From the NCBI RefSeq assembly GCF_009834535.1, contig NC_045696.1, positions 67,768,001 to 67,832,000 on the forward strand: 64,000 bases of DNA. The letters run 5' to 3'. This document shows, piece by piece, positions 36,936-50,298 of the stretch. Numbering within the stretch: the first letter of the stretch is position 1; every line of letters starts with the position of its first letter. This DNA is from Camelus ferus. Lineage: Eukaryota. The position numbers and the translations under genes are program-made. The notes beneath the pieces were generated by a model. That model worked only from the letters and a program-made list of their open reading frames with translations. It was not told the origin of the DNA and searched no databases.

Positions 36936-38089
36936 CAGAGCCACTCACAGGAACCAATAATGAGAGCTACCCTATGAGCATTCCTGTCAGAGAGAACTGG
37001 ACAAAGAAGAGTCATTTATCAGATAAGCGGGGGCATCAGTGATGTCTTCACGAGGAAGACATTATTGATGAATGGAACTAAATGGACCCTGCTTAGCGTA
37101 AAAATTTACTTGTTAAGTATTCATTTCCATATTGAGGTAGGGAGCAGGCCTAACTGCAAAGTCCTCTGCTATGAAAAAAACATCAGGAACCTAATGATCA
37201 AATCAACAGTTGTTAAAGAGAGAGTTCTTGTTCAGGCTGTTAAAGAAAAACAAAGGATCAGAAGATGGTCTAGTTAATTAAGAACCGATTCTCTGCCTGA
37301 GGAAGTTCACATCCTAGAATTAGAGCCAATACCCAGTGTCACACTCAAAACACGCGTGGGCTGACCGAATCCTCAGCAACCTCCAGAAGCTCTGAGGTGG
37401 CCCAGCCATCACACTGACACATCACAGAAGGGGGTTTGAGGGGCCAAGATCTGAATATGACTGCTCAAAAATATACCTGAGAAAGGAACCGAATAATCAG
37501 AGAGAAAACTTGACATTAGAGGTACTAAATCTGTGATATTTAAATTGTGCTTCACAAAGCTCACAGAGCTCCTCGGGGCAGACCCCATGTGTGACACCAT
37601 GTGTGACATCTCCACCTCTGCTCAGGCCAGGAGTTCCCTGTGATTCATCAGAAAAAGGAAAGCTCTCCCTGACAGCTTAGGAATATAAAACTATCTCATC
37701 TGAAAGAACCCTAGGGGGCTAGGAGTACAAAACAGTATATTCTTTTTACATGCAATTTTGATGTTCTTTTCAGTGGTACTGTTTGAGTATTAGTAAGAAA
37801 GCAGGAATTTTGCCTCATTTTTGTTTTCATTTATGGTCAGTAAAGTTCATTATTCCCTTATTTCTAATAACAATGTTAAAAAGAAAATGGTGATAACAAA
37901 AGGGCTATGAGAAAGCTGTATCATCTCTGAGCAGCAAAACTAAGTGTCTATCATTCATCTATCATCTTTCTATCTTTGATGAGCTTGAGAATATAATCAA
38001 TGAATTTCTTTGTGATCATTTTTTATTAAATTTTCCCCCCAAAGCACCTCTAACCAAAAAAGGAAGGAAAAAAAAAAAAAAAAAGATTA

Positions 38090-38285
38090 ACTGGTAGAGG
38101 GTCTGGAGTCAGACTGGAAAGGGTTGAAACCTGGACCTGCCGCTTGCCAGTTTTGTGACCTTCAGCAATCGGCCTGAGCTTCTCTGGGTCTCAGCTTGTC
38201 ATGCAGCTGTTGTCAGGACTGAATGAGTTCATACAAGTCAAGTACTGTTCACATCTTACGCACTCAATAAACAACAGCTACTCAA
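38090..38285 (+). mobile_element. MIR SINE
   Basis: tctggagtcagactg...tgtgaccttcagcaa...tctctgggtctcag...gcactcaataaa. Confidence 0.65.
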
Positions 38286-38475
38286 TTATTACCTTGATCA
38301 CAGTCTCAAAATAAATATTTTGGCTAACATGGTCAGTCAACTGAGTATGTGACTTTTAAAAGAATTTGACTCAAAGTAAAAATCGCCAGCCGGGGGCTTC
38401 AGTTAGCTGGGGGCTCCTGTGCTTCTTAACACATGATGGTGCTAGGAATTAACTGTGAAGAACATGTTCCTAGAT

Positions 38476-38662
38476 CAGTGGTTCTCAGACTTCAGCCTGT
38501 ACAGAACCACCTGGAAAGCTGGCTAAAGCACAGAGTACTGGATCCCACCCCAGAGTGTCCGATTCTGTATATCTTGGGTGAGGCCCAAGAACTTACATTT
38601 CTAACAAGTTTCCAAGTGATGTTGATGGTGCTGGGCTGAGGACCACACTTTGAGAACCACTG
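38476..38662 (+). mobile_element. MER5A hAT-Charlie MITE, full length
   Basis: TIRs cagtggttctca...tgagaaccactg, about 187 nt. Flanks tcctagat / ctctaagg resemble the NTCTAGAN target. Confidence 0.9.
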
Positions 38663-41159
38663 CTCTAAGGACATTTCTAACACAACGAACATTTAAAAGG
38701 GTGAGAGTATGTGCTCTACATGGCTCAGAAAGCCATGAAAATGCCGACAGGCAATTCATATAATGGGTAAGAGAGATCTGGACAAAAATAAAATGGAAAC
38801 CAGCATTGTTTCTTAATCTAATCCCCCATGCTAGATAATACGAGCACCCTTATTCCAGTAATGTTGAGTTAGACAGGCAGCATTCAGTAGTGAGACTGCA
38901 CAAAATATGACCAATTTTATCTAAAAGAAATGTCACTTTATCGAATGAGACCCAAAATGTTGGAAAAGAAAAAAAAAATGCTTTAGTTCACGGTTGTGCA
39001 CTCTTCTTCCCACTCACTTAGTTGAAGGACATACCTTTCCAAAAAGCCCTCTATCTTATCATACGTACTCTCCTCCGTGAAAACATCACTGATGCCCCCA
39101 CTTATCTGATAAATGACTCTTCTTTGTCCAGTTCTCTCTGACAGCACTGCTCATAGGGTAGCTCCCACTGCTGGTTCCTGTGAGTGGCTCTTCTCCCAAG
39201 CTGCTCCGCGAAATCGTTTGTGCTAAGCAGCAAGCAGCCTGCAGAAGGCACGATCCTCAGCCTTGAGGAAGTTACAATCCACTGGCTAACATGACTCTCA
39301 CATCTGCCTAGTGATATCAGATACATTATGTTCTTTGAGAGTCTTTGTAAAACCACGTGGAGGAGACAGAGATTTAAGAAGCTTATTATCCAACGGCTGA
39401 CAGAAATATAATTCGACTTTTCTAACATACAAAAGCCAGGCAAAAACTCAAGTCTCATTATTATCTACCCCACAGGTTAAGGACAGTGAGAAAAGGTGCC
39501 ACAAAAAGCCATCCTTGGAGCAAGCAATATAACACTCAAAACAGGGACACCATTTTCACAATTTAAAGTAGAATAATAGCTTGGCAACCGAGAGCCTGCC
39601 GATGAATAAGCAGAAAGCAGCGACAGGAGACAAAGTGTTGTCATGGCCCTAGCACACTTGAAGGGAAAAGCACCCCGGGAGAGCGTCAACACTGGGCTCG
39701 CTACACGCCACGATGCTTCCTCTCATAGTCCCTGTCATCCCGCCCTCTTCAGTGCTAGCGCACTCACCCAAAGTGGGTAATACTTGGTCAGCCTCCATCT
39801 CTTTAAAGGAAGCAGTCCTGTCCCAGCCCTGCTGCCAGGAGCCACGAGACTCCTCTTCAAAACACTGTGACACGTAGAAGCCAGGCTGGACGGCCTGTCC
39901 ACAAACAGGCTGGTGAACCAAAATGTGGCCTGTGACAAAAAGACGAGCTAGGCTAATAAACCTCCTTCCCTATAAATGTGAACTAACAAGCAGCAGGTGA
40001 CAAACCTGCCATGGGGATGATGAGAAACCAAAAGGGTCATGTTCATGGCTAATAATCAGAACATGCAAGAAGATGCAATTATTGGAGAGAGGAAAATAAT
40101 GGACATGCAAATAACAGAAAAGCAAAGGATCAGAGAGGGAGGAGAAGGAGGGAGAGAGAAAAGGGAGAATGCAAAGGAGAGAGAGATGGCCCCATCCCTG
40201 AGCCTTCCTGGTGCCAGGTCTCAGCCACAGGATCCTCAAGATAAACTCTTTTATATAGAGACACCCCAAGGGGCCTCTGCGCCACAGTCAGCCTTACTGA
40301 AGCAGCCAGCACAAGACCCACCCATCCACAGGGATGACAGTGGGAGGCCAGGTCTACTTGTGATGCCGTCACTTTTCCTTTCTGAAACCCAACTTTAACC
40401 TCTGTAAAATGAGGGGTACAAACCTTCCAGGTCCTTTTTTACTTTTTAAAGCTCTCATATTGCATGACTCTATAATGATACTTCACAGCTTGTCAGCCAT
40501 TATCTTTGTTGCCTACTGGCAACCAGACCCAAACTCAGCAGAGTGAGGCCCACGCAGAGTTTAAGCCAACTCAGATGTAAGTATGAACAGGGGCATGGCT
40601 TAAGCGGTCTGTGTTTGGGAACACACAGGCAGCCCCTTTGTTCAGTGCTCTGTTCAGATAAGAAAGCAAAATATACACACCCCCCCCACAAATAAGGAAA
40701 AAAAAAACTTCACTTTTCATTGTATTGATCTACTCATTGAATTACTTCTACTGAATTCAAATCTTTATAAAATAAAAATAATATTGATAATGTACTCTTA
40801 AAGTAATCCCTTACAATTAAAATAGAGGTTACTTTGTATGAGAATAGCTATATAATAAGACAGAAAAATACACACAGTATCTATCTATCCATCAATAAAA
40901 TAAGAACCATAAAAATAACCACAGTAAGATTAATTATTTGACAGTAAAAGAGACATTGGGCACGCCTTTTTTAAGCAACAGAACCCCACGGTGAAAATGA
41001 AGTCATACACGGAAACCCATTATTTAAAACGGATTAAGAAACAGAGCTGCTCTGGTTCAAGTACAAGCAGGGAAGCACAGGGTTCCACCCACTGGGTTTT
41101 TCCCCTGGCCTCCAGTCACGCCTCCTGAAGCACTTCCGTGAAAGGTGGCTGGAAGATCA

Positions 41160-41590
41160 CTGCTGCAGACTTTCTGCGCGAGCTACAGATGAAGCAGCAG
41201 CATCCTCAAAATGAGCCGCCCTGCCAGTCAGTCCACGTTCACAGCTCAGCAAGCACCCTGCCAGGCTGCCCTGTCTGCACTCTGCGTGCCTGCGTGCATG
41301 TAAGAAGCAGGGACACCCGCCTGAAACAACTATAAACGTATCCATAGAATCACACGGCGTTCCTGGTTCCCGGGGGCGCGGCGCCTCACACAATCAACAC
41401 AGAATAATACCAGCAGAAGTTCGAAAAGGTAGCAAAAGAACGAGTTTGGTTTTCCACGAAGGAAACAACACTTGGGAGCGGGCAGGGAGGAGAAGAACCG
41501 TAACCGTTTGAACCTACGGAACAGCGAGAACGGCGGTGCCGTCTTCGGGCCGCACGGCATGCGTGCGGTAGAAGACAGACCGTGCCGGGT
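41160..41590. promoter_or_regulatory. Intronic CpG-dense patch (small orphan CpG-island-like element)
   Basis: About 32 CpG counted by hand in about 430 nt, against roughly 1 per 100 nt elsewhere. No repeat recognised. Confidence 0.5.
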
Positions 41591-43689
41591 ACTCTTGCTG
41601 TTGATTTTCTTTCAAAACCTCAGGGAAGACAGTTTTCTTACTTTGCATTTTGATAATCCAGGACCAGCGAATTGGGGCATTATAAGTTCCAGAAACCCTT
41701 TTCTCACACTCGCCAATAATGCAATAGAAATAACCAGAAGCAGACGTTCAAATACTTAGACATTTGATATTAACTTTATATATTGGCTTATCATCCTCAC
41801 CCGTTTTCCCTCGAATCCTTTCATGACCCCTCAAAATGCTGCCAAAGTGGAAAACCAAGGAACGTGTTCAGTTCCCAAGTCAAGGATTCCATGTCTGGCA
41901 GCCAAAGCTATAAAACAAAAGGCCATGTCATCGAAGTGGATAAGGGGTAAGAAGTTCCTCTAAGCTCCTGTGGATCTGATTCTACGGGCTGAGCACCATC
42001 CACCTAGGACTTACAGACGAAAGATGTTTGGCAAAGTGTGAATAGATTATAGATGAACAGCACAGAAAAGGTAACTCAGGCTCATGAAATATTAGAACTG
42101 AAGGGGACTTTAAGCAGTTATTCCAATATTTCTATTTAACCGTAATAAAATCCCCCTCAGAGAACTGATTCAGGTGTCTGGGACAGTGAAGGGACTGAAA
42201 CAGGTCTAAAATCTGAACACTTTATACTGTGAAACATCTCCAAAGCAATCTCTCATACACTACTTCAATTGTTCTTCTTAAGAACCTATGAAATGAGCAG
42301 GAAGTTACTCTTCGCCCCATTTTCCAGATGAGGAAACTCAGTGTAAGAGAGGAGCACAGGCGCTGTCTGAGGGTCTCCAGTCTCACTGATGGGACACGGT
42401 CAACAAAATTAAAGACGGGGAAGAGCCCATCCCCCAGCAGGCTGAGGGTGCAATACTGGCACACAGGTGCAAACCAGCGCTACAGAAATTCCTAGAAGAG
42501 AGACGTCAGAACGGATGGGGACACTTGGGTCCGTAGATACTGGGGATGGGAAGAACCTTAGCTAGCACCTGTTATGACACCATAATCGTACCAAAGAAGG
42601 AAACAGAGGACCAGAAAGCATAAGTGCTTTACTCTGGTCAAACAACCAGGTGGTTAGGATGGGACAGGGAGACCTGAATCAGTGCTTGCTGGTCCCAGTC
42701 ATCCCACTCAAAGCTCACTGTCAAGCAAAAGAAGACAGTATTGCAGTTCTCCTAAGAAACTCACAAGTGCCCTAATGTCAGAAGATGACTGAATATTTAG
42801 AAACATTGACCCAGAAAAGTGACATATTACCTACCCAGTCCAACCACAGAATTCCTTTTAGTGAGCAGGGAGCTGAATGTGTTGGCCAGGAGAGCAGAGA
42901 AGAAATAAACTAGGCATTTTGTCCTGGTTCTGCCTTAATTCAGTAGGGTGACCCTGGGTAAATCGCTTTCCCTTTCTCAGCTGTGTTTTCTCAATGACAA
43001 GATGGTGGGTTTAGACTCAATCTTTGTGTTTCCTTTTAGTTTAGAAGTTCTGTTATTCTAACACATTCACATAAATACAATCTACCTAACATTATAAGGC
43101 GTTTAAAGCTTTTCATTGTTGCTGTTGATATTTCTTTTTCACTTATCGCCACTTACTAGAACGAAATTACTCTGTTTCTATTTAGTTTAAGTGTACTTTG
43201 ATAGTTGAAAATACAGAAGATAATAGCGCCGATGCTAACACGATAGGATTTGAAACACCCATTTCAAAAATGGAGTTACTGATAACTGTTAAGAGCGGAA
43301 ACGGCATTCGCTTACATTGTCTTCAGAGTCACTAGCTGACTAATGGAAATAGAAAAAGATGGGTGAGAGTGACACCAACCCAGCAAGCAGATAGGAGAGG
43401 AAAAGACAAAACAGATATTCTGTCTCATCTCAAAGGCTAACAGTGAAAGATGGGAGGGGTGGCAATCACCTAAAATGGCAGGAATCATATTTTCTAACAA
43501 TAAAAGATGCATCAGTTCCCTAATACTCATTCCAGATCTGTTCCCCATTTTCTCTTGGTCAAGCTTTCTGTTCCCAGACGGCTCTGGGCAATATCCTATG
43601 AACCAGCAGCACTGCTGGCCAGCCACCCAGTCCACTGCACGCAGCCTGGGCTCAGCTCCTGCCACTAGCAAAGACGACTGCCTCAGCTT

Positions 43690-43890
43690 AGAAAAGCACT
43701 TTCGTGCAAATGATCTCGTTGGATTCTCCCAGCAATGCTACACATTAGTAGAGATTATTCTTATTTTACAAAAGAGGATACCAACAGTCAGAGAAAAAGA
43801 GACTTCCACGTCGCTCAGGTAGAAAGGGAAGCATTAGAATTTGGGACTCAACATCTCGCTTCAAAGCTCTAACTCTTGCACTTTCCATGA
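43690..43890 (-). mobile_element. MIR SINE
   Basis: agcactttcgtgcaaatgatctcgttggattctccc...ttattttacaaaagaggata...gaatttgggactc. Confidence 0.55.
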
Positions 43891-46800
43891 CACTGGGCTG
43901 GAAATGCAAAAGGGGCAAGGTCGTCTTTTCAAGCATCAAAGGGAGTTTATGGGGGCCTGTTAGGTTACCACGAAGTAGGTCATGGCTGGAGCTACAGCTA
44001 AAAGCCAAGCTCCAACCCTCTCTTTCTCCTTCTACTTCCCCATTTAGCACAGGTTTCACTCACTTTTCCATAAATACATATCAAATATTCAGTGTACACT
44101 GATATAAAGGATAGGAATTATTTTTTTTAAAAGGAAAATCATTGGTTCTCTGTCCTTCAAGTACTTACAATTGCATTATAGGGGTTAGTCTGTCCACAAA
44201 TAACCACATTATAGGGCTGAATAAAGTCAAGTAAGTACACAAAATACAAGACGCTAGAGCAAAAAAAAAAAAAAATAGAGAAATCAGAGAGTACTACATG
44301 GATGCAATGAGAATTGAGATCTTGGATGGAGAAAAATTATTTACCACACGAGCATGAAGATACAGGAGGAACACCACAACGTGCACTAACACTTGGCAAA
44401 TACAAGTGTTCTTTCAGGTAAGAACAGGAAGGTCAGGCTCAGAGGGTCAGCTGTGGTCAGATTATGCAGGTGTGCAAACCTGAGGCATAGAAGGAGCTTG
44501 GCAGGTATCCAGGGTACAGATATCCAAAGGATAAACAAGGTCCCCAATACAAAAGGAGAGAGTGGGCAGGGGTAATTATACCTTGGGACCTAGTGTTGAG
44601 GTGGGAACAAACACATGGCATGAATTACACATATTTTAGGCCATGCACAGACAACTGACATTAGTGACACTCCCAGGAGGAATTCCTATTTTTACAGAAA
44701 GGTCACCACTGATAAAGAGAAAGTACAGAATCACAGCAGAAAGTTGATTTCACCATAATGGGGAATGAATGTGAGATCTACAGGACAACAAACATTTCTA
44801 CCTTCGACCTCGGGACTACAAATTAATAGACTGCTGTGAAAAGACTGTCATTTCTCCAGGTAGAGGGTGAAGAAGCCAAAGGAAGCAAAAGATGGTGCTA
44901 CCTCAAGCCTCCTTGTTCTCATTTCCAATTAAAAAGCTTCCCTCTATTCCAGAATTCTGCTCATGCCTCTTTTCAGGCTTTCCTGAGAAATGTTTCCTTT
45001 TCATAGGCTTTTCAAAGTTGAGCAATAACCAAATGGCTACTATTTACTTAGCAACAGTTCAATACCTAGTCTATATTAAAGAACCAGGACAAATAACCAA
45101 GAAATAATGAAAATCCACATGTGTCATTTCTGCCATTCCTGCCGTCCTCATCCCTACTCCACCCTGAGCTTTTTCTTTTATGACACACTCCACTTAAACA
45201 CTTCTAGAAGTCCTGTCTTCATCTGTTGTTCAAAGTGGAATCTGGGCCGCATCTGGATTTAAATCACAAAAACTGAAAGCAATGAGATATCTCACCGAGT
45301 CATATCCCCTCTCAGCCTTAGCGCCCACTGTAAAACAGAGGAATAATAATTCAAACCCCACAGGGATACTCTGAAAACCAGGTAAGATAAGGTCTTGGGA
45401 ACCACGTGTCCTACAGAATGCTAAGAACACAGTAGGTCTTCTGTGAGTGTTGGCTCATAGGGTGTTCTGTAAATAAGAGGACTGCAAGATTATGCTGGGT
45501 GAGTTCTAAGAGCCCTAAATAATTAGGCCTCAGTTTAATAAGATATTAAATTAAAAAGTCCTCGTCTCAGAGTGACCCTAGATTTTGCTGGCGAAAGACA
45601 GATCCTACAAGAAGGAAAAGGCTAAGGTTGTAAAGGGAAGTTGAGCCTCCTCTGAGGACAGAAGCAGCTCAGACACCCATTAAACGGGAAAATTCTCTAA
45701 AACCTCTTCCAGGTTTATCAAATCTGAACCTCTGGGCGTGAGCCTAGTAACCTGCATTTAACAAGCCCTTTGCCCCCCCGCCCCCAACCCCTCCAATTCT
45801 TTCCCACACTCGATTTGAAATCCGCTGGCCTAGAATTTGGTTATCAACTGCTAGTGCAAGTGCTAACAGTACCTGGCGCGATTTAATTAAAGTCCTGCAA
45901 CTCTGCACACATTGAGGGAGAACTCTTTACTGATGTATTCTGACCCAGTTCCCGGGAGCAGGGAAAAGACTTCGCTCTCATTCCACAGTTCTGTGTTCTC
46001 ATCCCCGGTGCCGGCAAACACCATCCCCTTCACTCCTCCTCATCTGTGGAAACAGCAACAGCATTTACCACCTCGAAGGGGTGCTGTGAGTTTCCATTTA
46101 CTGGTGTTTATAAAGTCTTCTGAGTGTTCTCATAAATCAGCTACAAGTTGGCATTATTCACAGCACCCTGTTGGAGCTTAATACATATTCAATTAAAAAC
46201 CAATGACAACAATACAGCAACACCCACAAATTAGCATGCATTACAGCATGGACTCCGCTCACCCCAGCAGCACCTCTTTAGCTCAGCAGCGGGTTATGTT
46301 CCCTCGCATTAATGCAGGCCAATCTCTGCTCAGGGGTATCAACATTTTCTCCAGTAAAGTTCACACTACACTTGCCATGGAGTTCTGATTTCTCAGAGGA
46401 ACTTTCTGCTTGGCAAACACTAGGACAGGAAGCAAATCTCTCTTTCCTGAAGAAAATCAGGATCCTGCAAAGCACCTTGGACTCCTCCATTTCCCATCGC
46501 CCCCTCTTCCCGCATCGCCCTGGATTCCAGCTACCCATCGCCATGGCCATGGCCATCGCCCCAGTTCAGGCTCTGGTCTGCCTCGTTAGACTCCTGCAGT
46601 CGACTCCAAACCATTCTACTGTTGCCACCTCTGACCAGTCAAGGCTTGCTGTACTATAGAAATCCATCTAAACAGAGGTCAGATAATTTTATTCTCCTTC
46701 ATAAGGTTGCTTATTATCCCCTAATGATAACCAATAGATCTTCACCTTAGGAAAACCCCCAAACTGTCATGTGAAGGACTAAAGAGAAGTAATTCATTTG

Positions 46801-48179
46801 TTTGAACTCAGGGAGTTGCTGTAAGGCACTCAGGGAAAGAAAGAGAGCAGAGAGAGACACTCAGGTAGAAGGAACAGTTTACGCAAGGGCTGTAACAGTG
46901 TGTCTCTTTATGTAGTCCAGCTTTCTCCAGGGAGCGACATCTGGTAGCCGCCCAAGACGCCACGGATGGCGGAGTGTCCCTCTCTCTCCCCTGCCTTCTC
47001 TGCCGTCTCCCTCAGGCACCAGAGCACATCTTGCTGTACTGGGTTTTGCTGACTCGAGTCTCCTCCTCTGCATGAGCCTTTGACATGCATAGTTGAGGTT
47101 GAGGAATCTGTGCCTAGTGGGTTTGAGGTTTCATCAAGAGAAAAAAGAAGGAACTTATGTGATTTCACTGAGTAACTATTTTTACTACAAAAAATTCCCG
47201 TATTTATTTTTTTCCTTTTTGGAAATGGCACTAAGGAAACGCATGCCAGACTGCCATGAGCAGGGCTGTACTTTCCAAACAGTAGCAAGGACTAAAAATA
47301 GAAAAGCTTGATTTGCTCAAGATGTATATAACTTCCTCTCCAGTTTCCTTTCCCCACAATGCCGAGCTAGCGCACAGTGGCGTACATGTTGGACCCCCTG
47401 CATGTTTACATTAGCAGCAAAAGCAGCAAAAGGGTGATAAGCCCGTGGACAGCACAAACTCCATAGATGTTTCTAGAGAATTCTTTAATTGCCAAGACAA
47501 AGAATGAATCAATCAATCCACAAATTTCAACCAAATATTCTTCAATGAGGGAAAAAAAACCCTATGGATTATACAGGAATGTGAGCTATAATCCAGCCTT
47601 CAGACTGGATTCAGTTTCTAAAAATGGGTAAACAAGAGAATAATAGAAAGCATTCAAACCAGGCGAGTCCAGAAACCTCCAGTCAGGGTTGGAGCCAGCT
47701 CTCCCACTAAGTACTGTGTCACGTTGAGCAGTTGACTTAAGAAATCTGGGCCCCCATTTCCTCATCACAGGAAAGGTGAGCTGGACTATGATCCTTTCAA
47801 AGCTGAGGCTCTATGCTTTTTGATGTTAAGTGACTCCTACAGGTCTCCTCCATGTCATGTTTTGATTCTGGCTTTACAACGTACAGTTTAGAGGCACATG
47901 CTCAATTACACAAAAAGGCACATATTCAGTGGAAGGAAAATGAAGCGTGACTGACTGATTTATCCATTAACTGACTCACTGCAGCCTTCACTATGAACCA
48001 GATACTACTACATAGTTTATACTCTATCTTAATTAATCCTCAAAATAACTTTCTAAGCTATCATTCCTAGTTTGCATGTAAAGATGGGTAATACCACTGG
48101 TAATCAATAGAGCAGGGCTTCCTGGCACTAAGCCTCAGGTTCACGCAACAACACCACACCACCCAGTCATCAGAGTCAG

Positions 48180-49300
48180 GATGCAAAGAACGGAGAGATC
48201 AGGATGAGACGGCAGTGTCAAAAGGTATGATTAGGCTTTTAAAAAATGGGAAGAATTTCTGATCAGCTGAGAGATGAGGATGCTTCAGGCAGCAAGAAAG
48301 ACACGGGACACTGACAATGAGGACATCAGCCTCACGAGAGCAAACACGGAAAGAGCACAGTGGGGGATAAGGTGTACTTTAAAGAATGAGGTAGGTCATG
48401 AAGTACTCAGAAAATCAACCAAGAGAGGGAAACATGGCTGTCAATAAAAAGCATAGGAAGGAAATAACATTTTTGGAAGACTAATTGCTTAGGGAAATGC
48501 AGCTAAAAGGGGGTGGGAGTTGGGGGGCAGCACAGAGCAATGAATCTATTGTGAGATGGAAAAAGAATGAGCCAGGACATCAAACTGGAAAATGACAAGA
48601 CTCAAGCAAACCTGAGAGTCACTGAACCAAAAAATATCAGCTGTTGGTAACAGATACATTTAGACATATCAACAAGGACCACAGAGTTTAGAACTGGGGA
48701 GACAAGGAGATGTGGTGGTACCTCTAACTGGGGGAAGACGATGAGTAAAATGTGTGCGCAAGTTGAATGTGATGAATGTGAAGGCTTTTCCTGTGGAAAG
48801 ATTTTCTAGGGATAAACGGCACAATCTTCATCAAAGGAAGACACAGCGCCAGGAGTCCTAACCAGTTCTAGTCATTAGACAGATACCAGAGTTGACGCTG
48901 TAAGAGTTGTGAATTCTACTGAGAGAAGACAGAAAGTAGAAGGGAGAGCACTGAGTGGGCACCTAAAAAATGAGGGGCAGAAGCAAAGAAGGGGGTTCTG
49001 AGAGAGAGAAGGAATAGCTGCGCAGATCTAGGAACTAGGAGGTTCTTTTTAGTGAAAATCAAAGGACAAAGCAAGGAGGTTGAAATCTTCAAGAGTGTTC
49101 CTTACCTGAAAAAGGCAGAAGAAAGTGTCAGAAAAATAACAGTCACTGGGGAACAGAGCAGGTGGCAGACAGGTACAAGAGCCATTTCAATAGAGTTGCA
49201 ACGACAAGTTCATGGTAGGTCACTGACTTAAATCCCTGGTTACGGAGAGAAACATGGTGGAGGTGGGGGAAGGAGGAGAGCCTTAGGTACTGAATCTGTA
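48180..49300 (-). mobile_element. Decayed L2 remnant (L2b/c-like)
   Basis: Purine-rich antisense-L2 text such as gagatgtggtggtacc, aagttgaatgtga, gagccatttcaatagagt. Confidence 0.45.
49100..49131 (-). promoter_or_regulatory. Candidate recursive splice site (branch point + pyrimidine tract + CAG|GTAAGG)
   Basis: Minus strand: ttttt CTGAC actttcttctgccttttt CAG|GTAAGG. Motif only; use in vivo is unknown. Confidence 0.35.
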
Positions 49301-49891
49301 ACTATGGGAATACTTCTCTGTAGTAGCTGCCGTGGTCCCAAACTAGTTTCTATCCCCACTGGGTCAGAAGAGAATTACTGAAGTGACACTGTATGACTTT
49401 CAATGAGCTGAACGGAAATGAAAACAACCCAACATTCCAACTTACAAAATGGCTTGATGTAGAATGATAATAAAAATGATGAAGTCTCCTGGACATGCAC
49501 AGTGAAATTCTCTTCTGGTTGCTGTATTTTTTATGTAATTATTTGATCATCTCTTCATGAAATACCTCAGTCTGAGCCAGACAAGTACTCTGTGAAGTTC
49601 TGAGACTCTTATGTGCACATACCATAGTAAGCTACGGCTTGAATCCATACATCTCAGTTCAGGGGACAGTTTGCCATTCTCTTTTTGAGACACGTCAGTC
49701 ATCAACTATACCATTTAAGGTATGCAATTATTCATGGCTTTAAATATATAATTTCCATAGAAAGAATTAAAGCTCAAGGATGTTACAATAATATTATAAA
49801 AAATATACATATTTTAAGGTAAATCCTTCACTTTGTAATTTAGAAAGTACTATCAAATGGGTAATGTTCATCTGAGTGTCAAAAAATCCTC

Positions 49892-50298
49892 CTGGAGAAT
49901 TTCATTCTAAGTGAAGTAAGCCAGAAAGAGAAAGAAAAATACCATATGAGATCGTTCAGATGTGGAATCTAAAAAACAAAAACAGAAACAAACAAACCCA
50001 AAAAAACATAAATACAAAACAGAAATAGACTCATAGACATAGAATACAGACTTGTGGTTACCAAGGGGGTGGAGGGTGGGAAGGGATAGATGGGATTTCA
50101 AAATTGTAGAATACATAAACAAGATTATACTGTATAGCGCAGGGAAATATACACAAAATCTTATGGTAGCTCACAGAGAAAAAAATGTGACAATCAATAT
50201 ATATATGTTCATGTATAACTGAAAAATTCTGCTGAACACTGGAATTTGACACAACATTGTAAAATGATTATAAATCAATAAAAAATGTTTTAAAAAAA
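49892..50298 (+). mobile_element. Young lineage-specific L1 3' end
   Basis: ctggagaatttcattctaagtgaagtaagccagaaagagaaagaaaaataccatatg...gacacaacattgtaaaatgattataaatcaataaaaaa. Possible short TSD aaaaaatcc / aaaaaattcc. Confidence 0.9.
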
